64,000 nt of DNA from a virus. The notes under the pieces are model-generated. The model was not told where the DNA came from. It did no database searches and saw only the letters and a program-made list of their open reading frames with translations. The stretch lies in the IMG/VR virus record IMGVR_UViG_3300045988_049951, one strand, 5' to 3'. This document shows, one piece after another, positions 51,701 through 64,000 of the stretch (its first letter is position 1; each line of letters begins with the position of its first letter). Position numbers and translations under genes: made by a program.

Positions 51701-54700
51701 TGAAGAAGTGGAAAATGATAGTGGAAAGACTTACTTCCAATTTGCAGAATCAGTTCATGAATCTTTAAAAAAGTTTAGAGAATTTTATGATTTTGTATAT
51801 GGACACGATTACAATATGACACAAACTAGTGCAACCAGTCCTTCAGGATGGGATGTTACTAGAAAGTACATTGTAACTGCAAGTAGCTGTACAATAAACC
51901 CAACTGGTCACAAGTCTGGAGACATTTATCGTTATGATGATATTAACGGGACTTGGGTATGCGCTGGAGTAAGTTATGAATCAGCTACTGGATGGGCTAG
52001 AGCAAACGTATATGAATTAGCTGGAACAAGTAGTACATTAGGTATTCCAGCAGCCCTTGATTCAATCAAGGCAAACTTTATTACTGGAATAAAGAAATAT
52101 GTAGACGTAAATGATATTGCTTTCCACTAGGCTTTCATAAAGTTTGTATCTGGAACTGATAACAGAGCAAAAAATACATACTTCCAAATTATTGGAAAAC
52201 TGAAAGAAGATAATGGAGAAGGATAGTTTGTAGAAAATGGAAAAGGGGACTATTTAGTTAGACTTATTGGAGACGACTTAGATACTATTCTAGTAACTGA
52301 TAACAACGGTCTTCAATCTAAACCTTATAATCTACTAGAAACTTCATATAGAGAATCTGACTCAGTTTACTGGGGAGATGCTAATAACATATTCTTCTAT
52401 ATGTTTGACCAATGCTTCGAGTCTGAGATTAAAACATATTTAGCAAGTGTTATAAATACCGCATTTAAGAATAGTAATAGTATGGAGGATAAATCTAACT
52501 ATTTCTATAAAGTATTCTTTAATGTTTAGGAGACATTCCCTGCAGTAGCATATAATCATACTGCTAAGATATATTATGAAAACGCTCAAGCTATTAAGAA
52601 CTCAAAAGTTCTTTCTTACTATGGTAATAATGAAATCGAACCAATAGAACAAAGTCACGGTTCTTGCTTAGCCTGTGAAAAACAATTCATGACTAAGAGA
52701 TTCGCTTTCTTATCTACATATGCTCAAACATCATTGGGAGCTATTGCGTTAAGAACTGCAAGTTCTGCTGGTAGTGGTGATACTTTAAGATTAAGAATGG
52801 AGTTTGAACCATATCAAGATTGTTATCCTGTATATCATTACAATGGAAAGAATCTATATCTGTCAGACTTCTAGGCTTCTAACTTTGATGCAATTAAGAA
52901 TCTGGCATAGGCTGGAAATGAATATGTTGCTTAGATTAATCAGGGAGACCCTGCAATCAACCAAGGTATCTATTTAACTACTTTGTATAAGAAATTAAAT
53001 ATCCTTGGTCTAAAGATGTCTACTATTGACGCAGACTTCTCAAGAGCTACTGAGTTCCAAATTGATAATGCTTAGCTAGATGACTATTCTAGTCTATTCC
53101 CAAGCGATTATCCAGATTTAGCAATCAGCTTGTTCACACCTTCATTCCCAGTATTGGAGAGTTTAACTCTTAGAAATATGACACTTCCTACAGAAATGGA
53201 CTTGTCTAAATTCTTAAAGTTGGAAACTATAGACTTCTCTAAGACTACTACTAAGAGTGTAGTATTCCCACAGACTGGTAGATTAAAGAATGTAATTCTT
53301 CCAGATACTATAGAAACATTTAGAATCTATGATAATCCAGGATTGACTGATATTACATTTGAGGGATTAAATAATCTATCTACAGTTTACGTTGACTGTG
53401 ATAATGTCGGAAGCTTCGACGTAGCTAACTTCTGTGAATAGTTGATAAATTGTAACGCACTATAGTCAGTGACTATTAGAAATGCAAATTTATATATAAC
53501 AGAAGATGCTTTAAGAAAGATAATTCTTACAAATACTTGTAACTTAACTGGAGATATTTACATTGTAAATACTGCAGGAAGTACAACTCTTAAAGCAATT
53601 AGCTTTGCTACTAAATAGTTACTTGTTAACACATTTGGTGACATTTCTGACCCTGAATCTAAGATTAGAATACACTTCCAAAGTGCAGAAATTTTGGATT
53701 TCAGTTGTGCTGGAGAGGTTTCTGTATACTACCAAGCTGGAGAATCTGGAACGATTGTTCGTCAAAATCTATTTGATATTACCGTAGCATCTGGTAATGA
53801 TGTTGAAATTAAATAGGGAACTAACCCATATAATCCATCTGTAAATGGATACTTAGATATTACATACTCTATGTCAGGAGTATCTACTGATGTAGCTACA
53901 ATTGATTAGACTGGTGCTATTACTTTAAAGAAAGAATCTAGTAGTACAGTCACTGTGACTATCAGTATGAAAGTTGCTAATAGTGGAACCGCTATTAAGA
54001 AAACTGTTAAAGTGAGCTTTACTTGGAAGGCTCCGCAACTTGGAGACTTTGCTTATGCAGATGGTACATTTACAAGTTCATTTGATGCAACTAAAACTCT
54101 TGTAGGATTAGTTTATGCTAAAGATGAAACGAATAGCACTTCTGGAGTAGTTTATATAATTGGTAAGGAGTATACAGATGATGAGAAATCCTATTATCTA
54201 GGATATAGTGCTGATGGAAACCAAGGTTCTCAGGAATAGATACTATAGCAATTATATTAGGTACAAGCCTATTTGAATAGTGTATCAGTACAAAATTATG
54301 AAACTGTTTCTGGTACTGCAACTGCGAATTTGATTAACAATATCAATGTGTCTACTTATAATATCCAAGTAAATACAGCGTTTGCTGGAGAAGCAGATAC
54401 AGCTTCATATATTAATCATGTAAATAGCAAGTTGCTTCCTATACTATACAACAATTCAGCTTGTAAACCATATATAAGTAGAAAATAGGTATCCTCTGGA
54501 GGAGGAACTAACTGGGAATATTATATTGAATCTAAGGCTAATCTTAACAACTTGTGTGAAGCTATTCGAACTGTCTGGGCAAACGCTTCTGGAACAGATA
54601 TTATGAGTTGCTTGTTATATCCATACTTCTATAGTATGCACGTGTATGAACCATAGGTTAAAGAAGATGAAACACTGAATGCTGCATATTAGAAAGGAAA

Positions 54701-55158
54701 ATGGTACGCTCCTTCTGTAGCCGAATTCTCAAGAATTATTTACTACAGAGGATATAGTGTATCAGGAAGTAATTTCAATACTGGAGATACAGTAAGATAG
54801 CCAATTAGCACTTCAGTTTCTAATGGAGGTGGAGTATTAACTACTCCTATATTCTCTATCGCTTATTCTAGAGCTACTAATTAGTTCCCATCTGTATGGT
54901 CCAATATTGTAGGTTCTGGAGATAATGCTGGAGTTAATAACATAACTACTTCTATTAACTCATCTGCTGCTAATAATTATTCTTATCAAAGAACTTAGCA
55001 ATATGATGGAAGTGGATATACCTACCAAAATGAATGGGTTACTGGTAGCTACAATGACCCATCTTACTGGAATACTGTTCAGTATAATAATGCTTGGAGA
55101 TTAACTAAACATCAAGGAGTACCATTTACTAAATTTAATTATTCTAAGAATGGCTAAT
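48702..55158 (+). CDS. giant tail / structural protein (about 2150 aa) with about 45 in-frame TAG codons
   Basis: One frame (positions congruent to 0 mod 3) joins track ORFs 48780, 49266, 50874, 51333, 51708, 52689, 53130, 53955 and 54273; Ser/Thr/Asn-rich, beta-rich composition typical of fibres. Confidence 0.5.
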
Positions 55159-55664
55159 AATTTCATGCAAATAAGTCATAACGATCGTTATTATGTAATT
55201 AATAAGGATGACTCTTTGAAAACCTTACTAACTCAAGAGGAGCTTCTAAAGCTTCCTCTGAGTGTTTGGAAGGAACTGTTTGAGTTAAAGGATGGAGTAT
55301 GTTATTTTAGACTTATGCTTCAAGTATTAGAAGCTGTAATAAAAGCCTATGATAAATCTTCAAATATTAATTCTTTTACTTATAATGGGGAAGAGTATTG
55401 GTTAGATAAGGCTACTAGAGTAGGACTAAGAAATTTAGTTGATTCTAATCCAGAAGAAATGTCCATAGTTCTTGGGGATAAAATTATTGAGATGCCTGTT
55501 GATAATGCTAAAGATTTTCTATCTCAATTAGAAGTATATGCTGGAAAGTGTTTCGTTACAACTACAAAACATCTATAGGCGATAAAAGAACTTAGGACAG
55601 TTGAAGATGTTGTAAACTATGATTATACATCTGGATACCCAGATAAGATTACATTAAATGAATG
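55150..55664 (+). CDS. hypothetical protein (about 171 aa; extended through one TAG beyond track ORF 55150..55578)
   Basis: ORF track plus TAG read-through; followed by a GCTAGGG...CCCTAGC hairpin at about 55690-55712. Confidence 0.4.
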
Positions 55665-55819
55665 AAAATTTAGAAAAGGATAAAATATAGCTAGGGGGCG
55701 AAAAACCCTAGCTACTTCCTTCTAAATCATTACTTAATACTATAAAACTTGGCTACAATGTTAAGCCAGTCCCTCCACCTCCTGCGAATCATATTGATTT
55801 CATAGAAGGGGATTCTGTG

Positions 55820-56250
55820 ATGACTACTATAAGTACGGGATTTGAACATAACGATAAGCCAGTCCCTCCACCTCCTGAAATAAATCTAGGTTGTAAGATT
55901 CCTAAGAAAAAGAATCCAGATTCGGTCATAGGAAGTATAGATACAGGATTTGGTTGTGATAATTAGATCGTTATAGATTGTCCCAAACCGAAATATAAAA
56001 CTCATTTATGTAAAGAAAATTATCTAGGAGAGTTTAAAACAGAATCTGAGAAAACATTAGCTAGAAATAATCTAGGAGTTTATAGTAAAGAAGAAATAGA
56101 TAAGATTGTTGGTTAGATTGTAGAAAATAACAACAACAATTTTATTACTAGAAAGGAAGTTCAGAATATGATAGCCAACTTAGATTTTGTAGACTCTACA
56201 CTTAAATCTTATGCAGACTACCAAATACCTAATAATTTATTTAAATTATG
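55820..56250 (+). CDS. hypothetical protein (about 143 aa; start uncertain) with a Pro-rich repeat KPVPPPP
   Basis: The 23-nt direct repeat taagccagtccctccacctcctg occurs twice (55762 and 55857); the frame is open from the TAA at 55736, with the first ATG at 55820. Confidence 0.3.
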
Positions 56251-56934
56251 AGTACAATACAAATTAAAAGATTATTTCAATCAAAAACCGAATTTGTACC
56301 TATTACTCTAGCGGAAGCAGTAGTTGTAAATACTTCTAATCTCCCTGGGCTTTCATCATTAGGGATAACAACTCTCGATAAAGTATTGAGAACTACTATG
56401 GGAGTAGTTGGAACTAATGCTGCAGATATTGCTAAATTAAAAACTACAGTCCAAGAAATTAATACTGCTCTAGAAGGAAAATAGGACAAACTTACTGCTG
56501 GTGTAGGTATTACTATATCTCCAGATGGAGTTATTAGTACTACTAATAGCATAGAACTATACAAGATAGTTACTTAGCTACCAACAGCATCAAAAGACTG
56601 TTTAAATTCTATATATTTAGTTCCTGCAACATCTGGTACAGCAGGAAACATTTTTGTTGAGTATATTTGTGTCTATGAAAACACATAGGCTAAGTATATT
56701 TGGGAAAAAATTGGGGAAGTTCAAACAGATGTAGATTTATCTGGATATGTAACTACAGAAACCTTTAACTAGACTATCAACACGATTAATGGTTAGCTAG
56801 CTAATGCTATAACAGCATAGGATGTTACGACATCAGATGGTAGTGCTAAGGTTGTAGTTAATTATACTATTCCTAGAGATTTATATGACAGTATGGTCGA
56901 AACAGATTCCTCAGACCAAGTAATAGGAGGATAA
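56248..56934 (+). CDS. tail-fibre-like protein (about 228 aa)
   Basis: Frame through track ORF 56248; motif KQDKLTAGVGITISPDGVIST is common in phage fibres. Confidence 0.45.
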
Positions 56935-56936
56935 TC

Positions 56937-57359
56937 ATGGAACTAACTATTAAACAACTTAAGCAACATGGTTAGATATTCGTTCCTTAGACTACTGCTG
57001 AAGCTGTTTTAGTTAAAGATGGTGAGGAAGTTATTACTCTTGATAATATGCTAGAAAGAAAGATTGAGCAGATTATTACTCCTGCTGGGTCTGGCTTGTA
57101 GGCATTTAAACAAGGGTCTAATATAATTCTTGCTCACTCCAATTCCATAACTGCAAATGAATCTCCTTCTTTAGTAAAGGTAAAATATGATAGCCGAGGA
57201 CATATAGTTGAAGTAGCCCCAACAAGTGAAATGACTGTAGTTGTAGATCAAGAAGGCTATTTTTAGTATAATGGTTCAGAAGACCGGAATCTACTTCTGG
57301 GGAATGATTTTGGAATAGATGAAGATAATAAAATTATATTAAAATGGAATTATTTATAA
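56937..57359 (+). CDS. hypothetical structural protein (141 aa)
   Basis: Manual translation MELTIKQLKQHG(TAG)IFVP... Confidence 0.35.
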
Positions 57360-57360
57360 T

Positions 57361-58550
57361 ATGGCACTATTAAATTTTGCTAATACCTATGCTGAAATAT
57401 CTGGCAATCTTTCTTTGCCGGAATCTACTTCTGGGGATTTTGTGAAGCTATTCTTTTCCAAGGATGGACATATTATATCCCATGGAAAAGATTTTACACC
57501 TACGTTCACTCCGAATATGAGGGGTCTAGTTCCTATTTCTAGCGGAAAAGCTACAGAAATATTTAGAGGAAATGCTACATGGGCGGAGATAACTACTGCC
57601 GATTTACCTATTGCCTCTAGTATTTCTGATGCTATTACTAATGGTACTGCATCTACTACTATATTAAACACCCAACAGATAGTAGAGTACGTTGGTAATG
57701 CTTTTGCAGCAAATGACGCTATGAGATATAAGGGAACTATTACCTATAGTAATGGTAATTATACAACTCATACAGTTGCTGGAGTAGAAGTTTAGGGATT
57801 CCCAACTAAATGTGAAGTTGGAGATACTTATAGAGTAACGTCTTAGGGAACATATGCTGGATAGACTTGTTCCGCTGGAGACTTACTTATTTGTATACAG
57901 GATGGAACTGGAAGTAGCTTAAATACTGCAGCTTATTGGACTGTCGTAGAAGCAAATATTAACGGACAGGTAAAACATACAGTGAACGGTACTTCTATCT
58001 ATGTTTATAGTAATAGTACTAATACCTTCACTATTTACGCTCCGACTACAAGTGGAACACAAGGATAGGTATTACTAAGTAATGGAAGTTCTGCTCCTAT
58101 ATGGGCAGCTTAGTCTACCCTAGTAGTAGGGGAAGCTAAGAAAGTAAGTAATGCCCTCTCACTAGGAGCCGGTTTAACCTTTGGAGCATCTGGAGCTACT
58201 TATGATGGTAGCGTTGCAAGAACTGTGTCTTTGGTAGCTGCTACAACAACTACTATAGGAGGAGTAATTGTAGACAAGGATTCTACTAATAAGACAATAT
58301 CTGTTACCAGTGCTGGTAGTATATATCTTACTAAGTAGAATGTTATTAATGCTCTTGGTTATGACCCAGCATCTAAGGATACATGGAGACCTATCACTAT
58401 AGGTGGAGTATCTATTGGCGAGAAGACTTTAAATTTCGTACCATCTGGAGACGTTTATTTAAAGGCAGACTCTAATGGAGATGATATACAAGATATTAGT
58501 TTTGGAATAAGCTGGTATAACATCAGTACTAAGAAATACGAAACGGCATA
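57361..58550 (+). CDS. tail-fibre protein (about 396 aa)
   Basis: Frame through track ORF 57361..57795 and onward via TAG codons; Gly/Ser/Thr-rich. Confidence 0.45.
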
Positions 58551-58554
58551 ATTT

Positions 58555-59994
58555 ATGAAGATAGCATACAATCCTAAAACGGCTGCAGCTCTCACAACTG
58601 CTCCCGCGAACAATGATATAACTTTCGACCTTAGGAGCTTAAATATATTCGTTAGAGGGGAGAAATTCAAGGGAACAGATACTACCTACTCAGTATTTAA
58701 GAAACATACTTCTGCTGGAAGTGGAGGTTATAACGGATTGGTGCCTGTTCCCTCATATACTGCAACTAATATTAGATTTTTAAGGGAAGATGGCACCTGG
58801 TCCATACCTGCGGCTGCGGCATTCATTTATACATAGTTGACTAATCAAGATCTAGATGATTACTTAGACGAAGGAAAATGGTACTATGCTGGTGGAGGTA
58901 ATAGTGTAACTAACAAACCAAGTGGTGTAGATGCATTTGAGTTATATGTTGGTAGAAATGCTAGTGGTTATCGCTACTAGAAATTAATTACCTCAGATGG
59001 AAAAATATGGTTTAGATATTACAACTCTACAGCTTGGTAGAATTGGATTAGATGGTATACAGATATGAATACTGACCAAAAGGTATTACAGTCTGCTACC
59101 ACTACTGCAAATTTTAGACCTGTAATCTTAGGTTATACCAATACAAACACTCCTTCTGATTTAAGTGCTAATGTTACTCAGTAGGTTTATACTACTACTA
59201 CTATATATGCACAACCAAGTACTGGTAGTCTGTGGGCCAATAAATTATATTCAGGTGGAAAGCCCGTTCTTACAGAACATCAATCATTAGCTAACTATGT
59301 TACTCTAAATACAGCTTAGACTATTACGGGAACTAAAACTTTTGGCTCTAATATACAGTTTAATGGACCTCAAAGTATTCATTGGAATACTGGAACTTAT
59401 TAGTAGAGGATATCTATAACAGATGATTCCACAGCTAATACTTCTGTTTTTAACTTTTAGCAGTCTACTAATACTGGAACCTCGTGGAATAATATATTAC
59501 AAATATATGATAATGGGATTTTACACGCTAATGGATATTATAAAAATGGTTCTTCTGATTCATATGTGCTACTAGGAGGTGGAGGACACAAATTAGTATC
59601 AGACTTTATGTTAAAAACTGATGAGCTGTCTAACAACCTTACCACTATCACAAAATCATTAAATGTCACACAGGCATGGATGGATACTGGTATTACTTCC
59701 ACAAATCTTCCTGCAAATGGTACCTATATAGTATAGGTTCAAGTTAATGCTAATGATAGCACTGGACGTATGTACAATTGCTACAGTTCTGGTGTAATGA
59801 GTTGGTACAAAGATGATACTAATGATACAGAGGCAGATGAAATTATATTACATCGCTCTGGTCATGCATATGGAAAAACAATCTACTTAAGAACTGTTAT
59901 GCAGAGTTCTGGAGTTTTAAAATTATAGATAGGTGCAAGTTCTGGTATTGGAAAGGCTTACACTTATACATTTAAATTTAAGAGAATAATATGA
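58555..59994 (+). CDS. tail-fibre protein (about 479 aa) with a KPSGVDAF motif shared with the next gene
   Basis: Frame through track ORF 58555..58836; ...GGNSVTNKPSGVDAFELYVG... Confidence 0.45.
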
Positions 59995-62900
59995 TAAAGG
60001 TTAAAGATGGATATGGTAAGCTTATAGGAACCACATATCAAGGAAGTGCTGCACAAGTTCTTCTTAGTAATGGAGGAAATCTAGAGTTCTCTTCTGAAAC
60101 CAAAGCCAATACACTTGTCTAGAGAAATGCTAGCTAGCATATATACGCTACCTACTTTAACTCTGCAATTTCAGATGAAGCATTAACAGATATTGGTTCC
60201 GTATATGTGAGAAATACTTCTGATACATTTATCAGGAGAATAAGTAAGACTCAATTTTATTCAATTATAGATAACAAGTTTGTAACCCTAGATACAGCTT
60301 AGACCATTACTGGGGTGAAAACATTTTCTACTGGTCCTATTCTAGCTAATAATGCTATTATTACTTAGAATTAGAATAGTACAAGTAATTATACGACAGT
60401 TGTTAGATGGTTAAAAGGAGGAACATCTTAGGGAACTTATAACCCATCTATTGGGCAGCATAATACTGGAGGAGATGGAACTGGTTCTATTTGTATTCTT
60501 CCATATCCTACTAGTACAGACCCGTTGGGCGGAACTGTAGGTTTATTTATAGGTAAAGGAGTTCTCAGGTTAGACGGAAAGGCTGTTGCTATTGCTGAAA
60601 ATTATTATACAAAGACAGAATCAGATGAACGCTATGTAAATGTTACTGGAGATACTATGACTGGCCCTCTGATAGTCAAGGCTTCAATAACTGGAACTTA
60701 GCTAATTTCAAATATAGCTGATGGAACTGCTCCCCTAAAAGTGACTAGTAAGACGGTAGTCACGAATCTTAATTCTGACCTATTGGATGGTTATCACGAA
60801 ACATCATTCTTTAGAGCTAGGGGAAGTTAGACTATAGCAAGTTCTATTCCAACTACAACTGAGTTATCTAGCAATAATAACCTAAGTGGTAATTGGAATG
60901 TAACTTATCCTGGAGCATCTGGACATCTTGTTCAATTCAATACTGGAAGTGGAAGTACTAGATATATGCAATTCTACTCTTATTATAGTGGTAGTTTGTA
61001 TTGGAGAAATAGTACTGATTCTACACTCAACACTAAATCTTGGAAAACTATAGTAGATAGTGCAAACTATACTGGAATAGTTTTAAAGATTGGTACAGCT
61101 ACAAAAGGTTCTGCAACTCTTCCCATATATTTAAATGCTGGAACTCCTACGGCTTGTAGTACAACTCTTGGAGTTTCTATTACGGGAAATGCAGCTACTG
61201 CAACTAAATTGTAGACAGCTAGAACAATAAACGGAACATCGTTTGATGGTTCTGCTAACATTACTACTGCTTATTGGGGAGCAACTAGAACAATCACATT
61301 ATCTGGAGCTGTGACTGGTAGCGCCTCTGTTAACGGAAGCTAGAATGTTACTATTACTACCACGTATCAAACTGGTTCTATAGACGGACGCTATGTTGGA
61401 GGTAAGAAAACAGCAGGACATGGCTCTCAAGGAACTGCGTATACGGCTGATACATACTCTTCTAATTTCGTAAATAAAGCTTTTGTAGCGTATGCGGAAA
61501 GAGGTTCTTGGGCTTATGCTAACAATGGATACATAACAACAGATACAGGAGTAAATATTCCTCTTGCTGGAACTGCTATATTCCAATGGGGAGCTAGTGA
61601 TACAAATAAAACTTAGTTATTCATAACTCCAATGAATAACAGTGGTGTTAGTAATCCAGCCGTTAATGAAATGTTGTTTTATACAAGCAACGGAAGTGAA
61701 TATAGCTCTGGGTGGTCTAGAGTATTAACTAACAGAAATTACACTATTTATACTGTAACTAAGACTGGTGGAGGAGCAAGTGGTACTTGGGGAATCTCAA
61801 TCACTGGTAATGCAGCAACGGCCAATAGGATAATATCTCATAGTATAAGCGATACCTTAGCTAATAAGACTACCCCAGGATACTTATATCACGCTGGAGG
61901 AAGTAATAGTGTGAAGGATAAACCTTCTGGAGTTGACGCTTTTGGTGTATTTACTATGTAGACAGCATCTGGATGGTATGGGCAATTACTAATGTCTTCT
62001 AATACTTCTACAGGATTATATTGGAGAACAGCCACGTCCCTTAATGGTGGATGGAAAAAAATATTAGACTCTTCTAATTATACTGCCTATGTAAATCCAG
62101 CTAATTTCGTAACATCTCTTGGAACTAATGGAAACTATGTAACCTGGACTAAAAATGGTACTACTAATAACTTAACAGTTCCCTTTGCTACTACTTCTAA
62201 CGTATTAAATAACCTAGGAAATAGAACAGCTATATCTGGAACTACTGTTGGATATAGGGGGCTTAGGTTGTACGAAGTTTATGATAATGGTTATCCAGTA
62301 ACCTATGGTAATGTTTTGAATATTGGTGGGCAGGGTTACGGAGAACTTTTGTTTTAGTGGACTGCGGATAGTAATCCTGGACATTTGTACTACAGAAGTA
62401 AAAGAGATGTGGCTTCACAGGCTTGGAGTAATTGGGTTACTATACTAGATAATAATAACTATTCTTCTACTCTAGATGGTAGATATGTAACTCTTGCTAC
62501 AAACTAGACAGTTAGTGGAATTAAAACTTTCAGTACACAATAGAAATTTACTGTAGCGACTGGAACATCTCCTTTCACAGTATCTTCTACTACTGTTGTT
62601 TCTAACCTAAATGCTGATATGCTAGATGGATGGCATCTAAATTATATACTAAAAGATGGATTTGTCACAAGTGCCACGTCTGGACTTTCGTCGTATTGGA
62701 GAAAGGTGTGGGACATAACATTAAATAATTAGTATAATGATGTTGACATTAATCTTCTTGTGCATTCAGCTTATAATTAGTAGTGGGGAATAATATCTTT
62801 TAAATTAAGATAGAATGGAACTGGAACCGCAAAGAATATATCTGCTTACCTGGCTGAAGTTGTAGGAAATATACCACTAGATAGATTCAGATTATACTAT

Positions 62901-63953
62901 AACAATAGTAGTGGATTATGTTAGCTATGGTGCAATCCAAGTGGTTAGTATAACGTCTATAACTATAGAGTTCTAGCTAAGACTTGGAGAACAGGTACTG
63001 AGGTTGCTACTCTTGGGACATTTTATACTGGTGATACTTCCACAGCACAGTCTCTTCCTTCTGATAGTTATGTTTCTATGGCTGGAATAACTATAGTTAA
63101 TACGGCTGCAAAGGTTGCTAATACCCTAACATTTTCTGCAGGAAAATTTTCTTCTAAAACGTATAACGGAAGTTCTGCAATAACAGTTAATGTTCCGACT
63201 CACACTAGTCATTTAACAAATGATAGTGGATTCTGGACTGGAACAAGATATTGGGCTAACATAGCAGTATCTACTTCTTCTAGTACAAGTACTTCACCTA
63301 CGTTTAGTACTGCCTATACTTCAAATTGGTTTAGAAGTACTGGATCTACGGGATGGTATTCTTAGACTTATGGTGGTGGATGGTATATGTCCGACAGTAC
63401 TTGGATTAGAACCTATGGGAGTAAATCGGTTTATCAGGATACTGGATAGATAAGAACTGACGGCTATCTAGTTACAAATGGGGGAATTACTGTAGGAGCT
63501 ACTTCTCCGAATAATGGTACTTATAAATCACATGTTACTGGAAACTCATGGTCTTCTGGATATATTAGAGCAGGTGCTGGTTTTTATCATAATTCAGTAA
63601 ATAGTAATAGCTATGTATTGTTAGCTGGAGGCTCCTACAAATCATTAGCAGACTTCGCCAAGGGTAATGCTGGTGCCTCAAATAGAGGAGTATATGTAAC
63701 TAATGGAACTGTTACTGCTATGACATATTACTTAAATGCTACAGTTAACTCTGGAGCATCTGGCAAACTAGCTTATTATAGCGGTACTAACTCTATTGAC
63801 GACTATACTAATACTATAGGATCTTCATCGACTCCTATATATATTAATAATGGAATTCCTAATGCAGCCAACAGTTATAAAGTTGTGAATAGTGGTCATT
63901 ATTTTAGCGCTTTTGGTATAAGCGGATATATTTATGTAATTAGATATGGTTAG
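59991..63953 (+). CDS. long tail-fibre protein (about 1320 aa) with repeated ITGNAATA[NT][KR][IL] and KPSGVDAFGVF motifs
   Basis: One frame joins track ORFs 60966, 61632, 61992, 63078 and 63618; start ATG overlaps the upstream stop (ATGA). Confidence 0.5.
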
Positions 63954-64000
63954 GTGGTATGTGTATCTATAAATATGTCTTCAGGTGGGAACGGGTCTAC

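Noticed and set aside
1-64000. CRISPR array or integrase/att site search
   Set aside because: I found no regularly spaced short direct repeats with unique spacers, and no tyrosine or serine recombinase, in this window. The only tRNA-fragment repeats are single copies.

Overview
The window looks like a linear segment of an AT-rich, tailed dsDNA phage genome, probably crAss-like and Bacteroidota-infecting; that assignment is inferred from gene content and codon usage only. It has two halves separated by a divergent intergenic switch at about 25.6-25.9 kb.

Left half (1-25.6 kb): nearly all genes are on the minus strand and use the standard genetic code. It carries about 27 tRNA or tRNA-like genes, including one with anticodon CTA. 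It also carries accessory genes: a FloT/YuaG-like flotillin with an NfeD partner and a lipoprotein, an RlmN/Cfr-family radical-SAM methyltransferase, an AAA+ ATPase, an HNH endonuclease, a 2H-phosphoesterase-like protein, a glucosaminidase-domain lysin and a GIY-YIG remnant.

Right half (25.9-64 kb): genes are on the plus strand, and their reading frames are interrupted by many in-frame TAG codons but almost never by TAA or TGA. Reading TAG as a sense codon gives long continuous genes: terminase small and large subunits, a portal, several tail-fibre proteins (one of about 2150 aa) and a roughly 890-aa structural protein with a calcineurin-like metallophosphatase domain. A glutamine-like suppressor tRNA with anticodon CTA sits at the start of this module; no exonuclease or polymerase was recognised here.

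The most striking system is a diversity-generating retroelement (DGR). It has a reverse transcriptase with YADD and IGN(Y)LSQFFAN motifs and an Asn-codon-rich template repeat. It has two variable repeats whose every mismatch to the template falls at a template adenine: one at the C-terminus of a tail fibre, and a second, remote one inside a small minus-strand gene about 26 kb away in the left half. All coordinates are approximate to within a few nucleotides.
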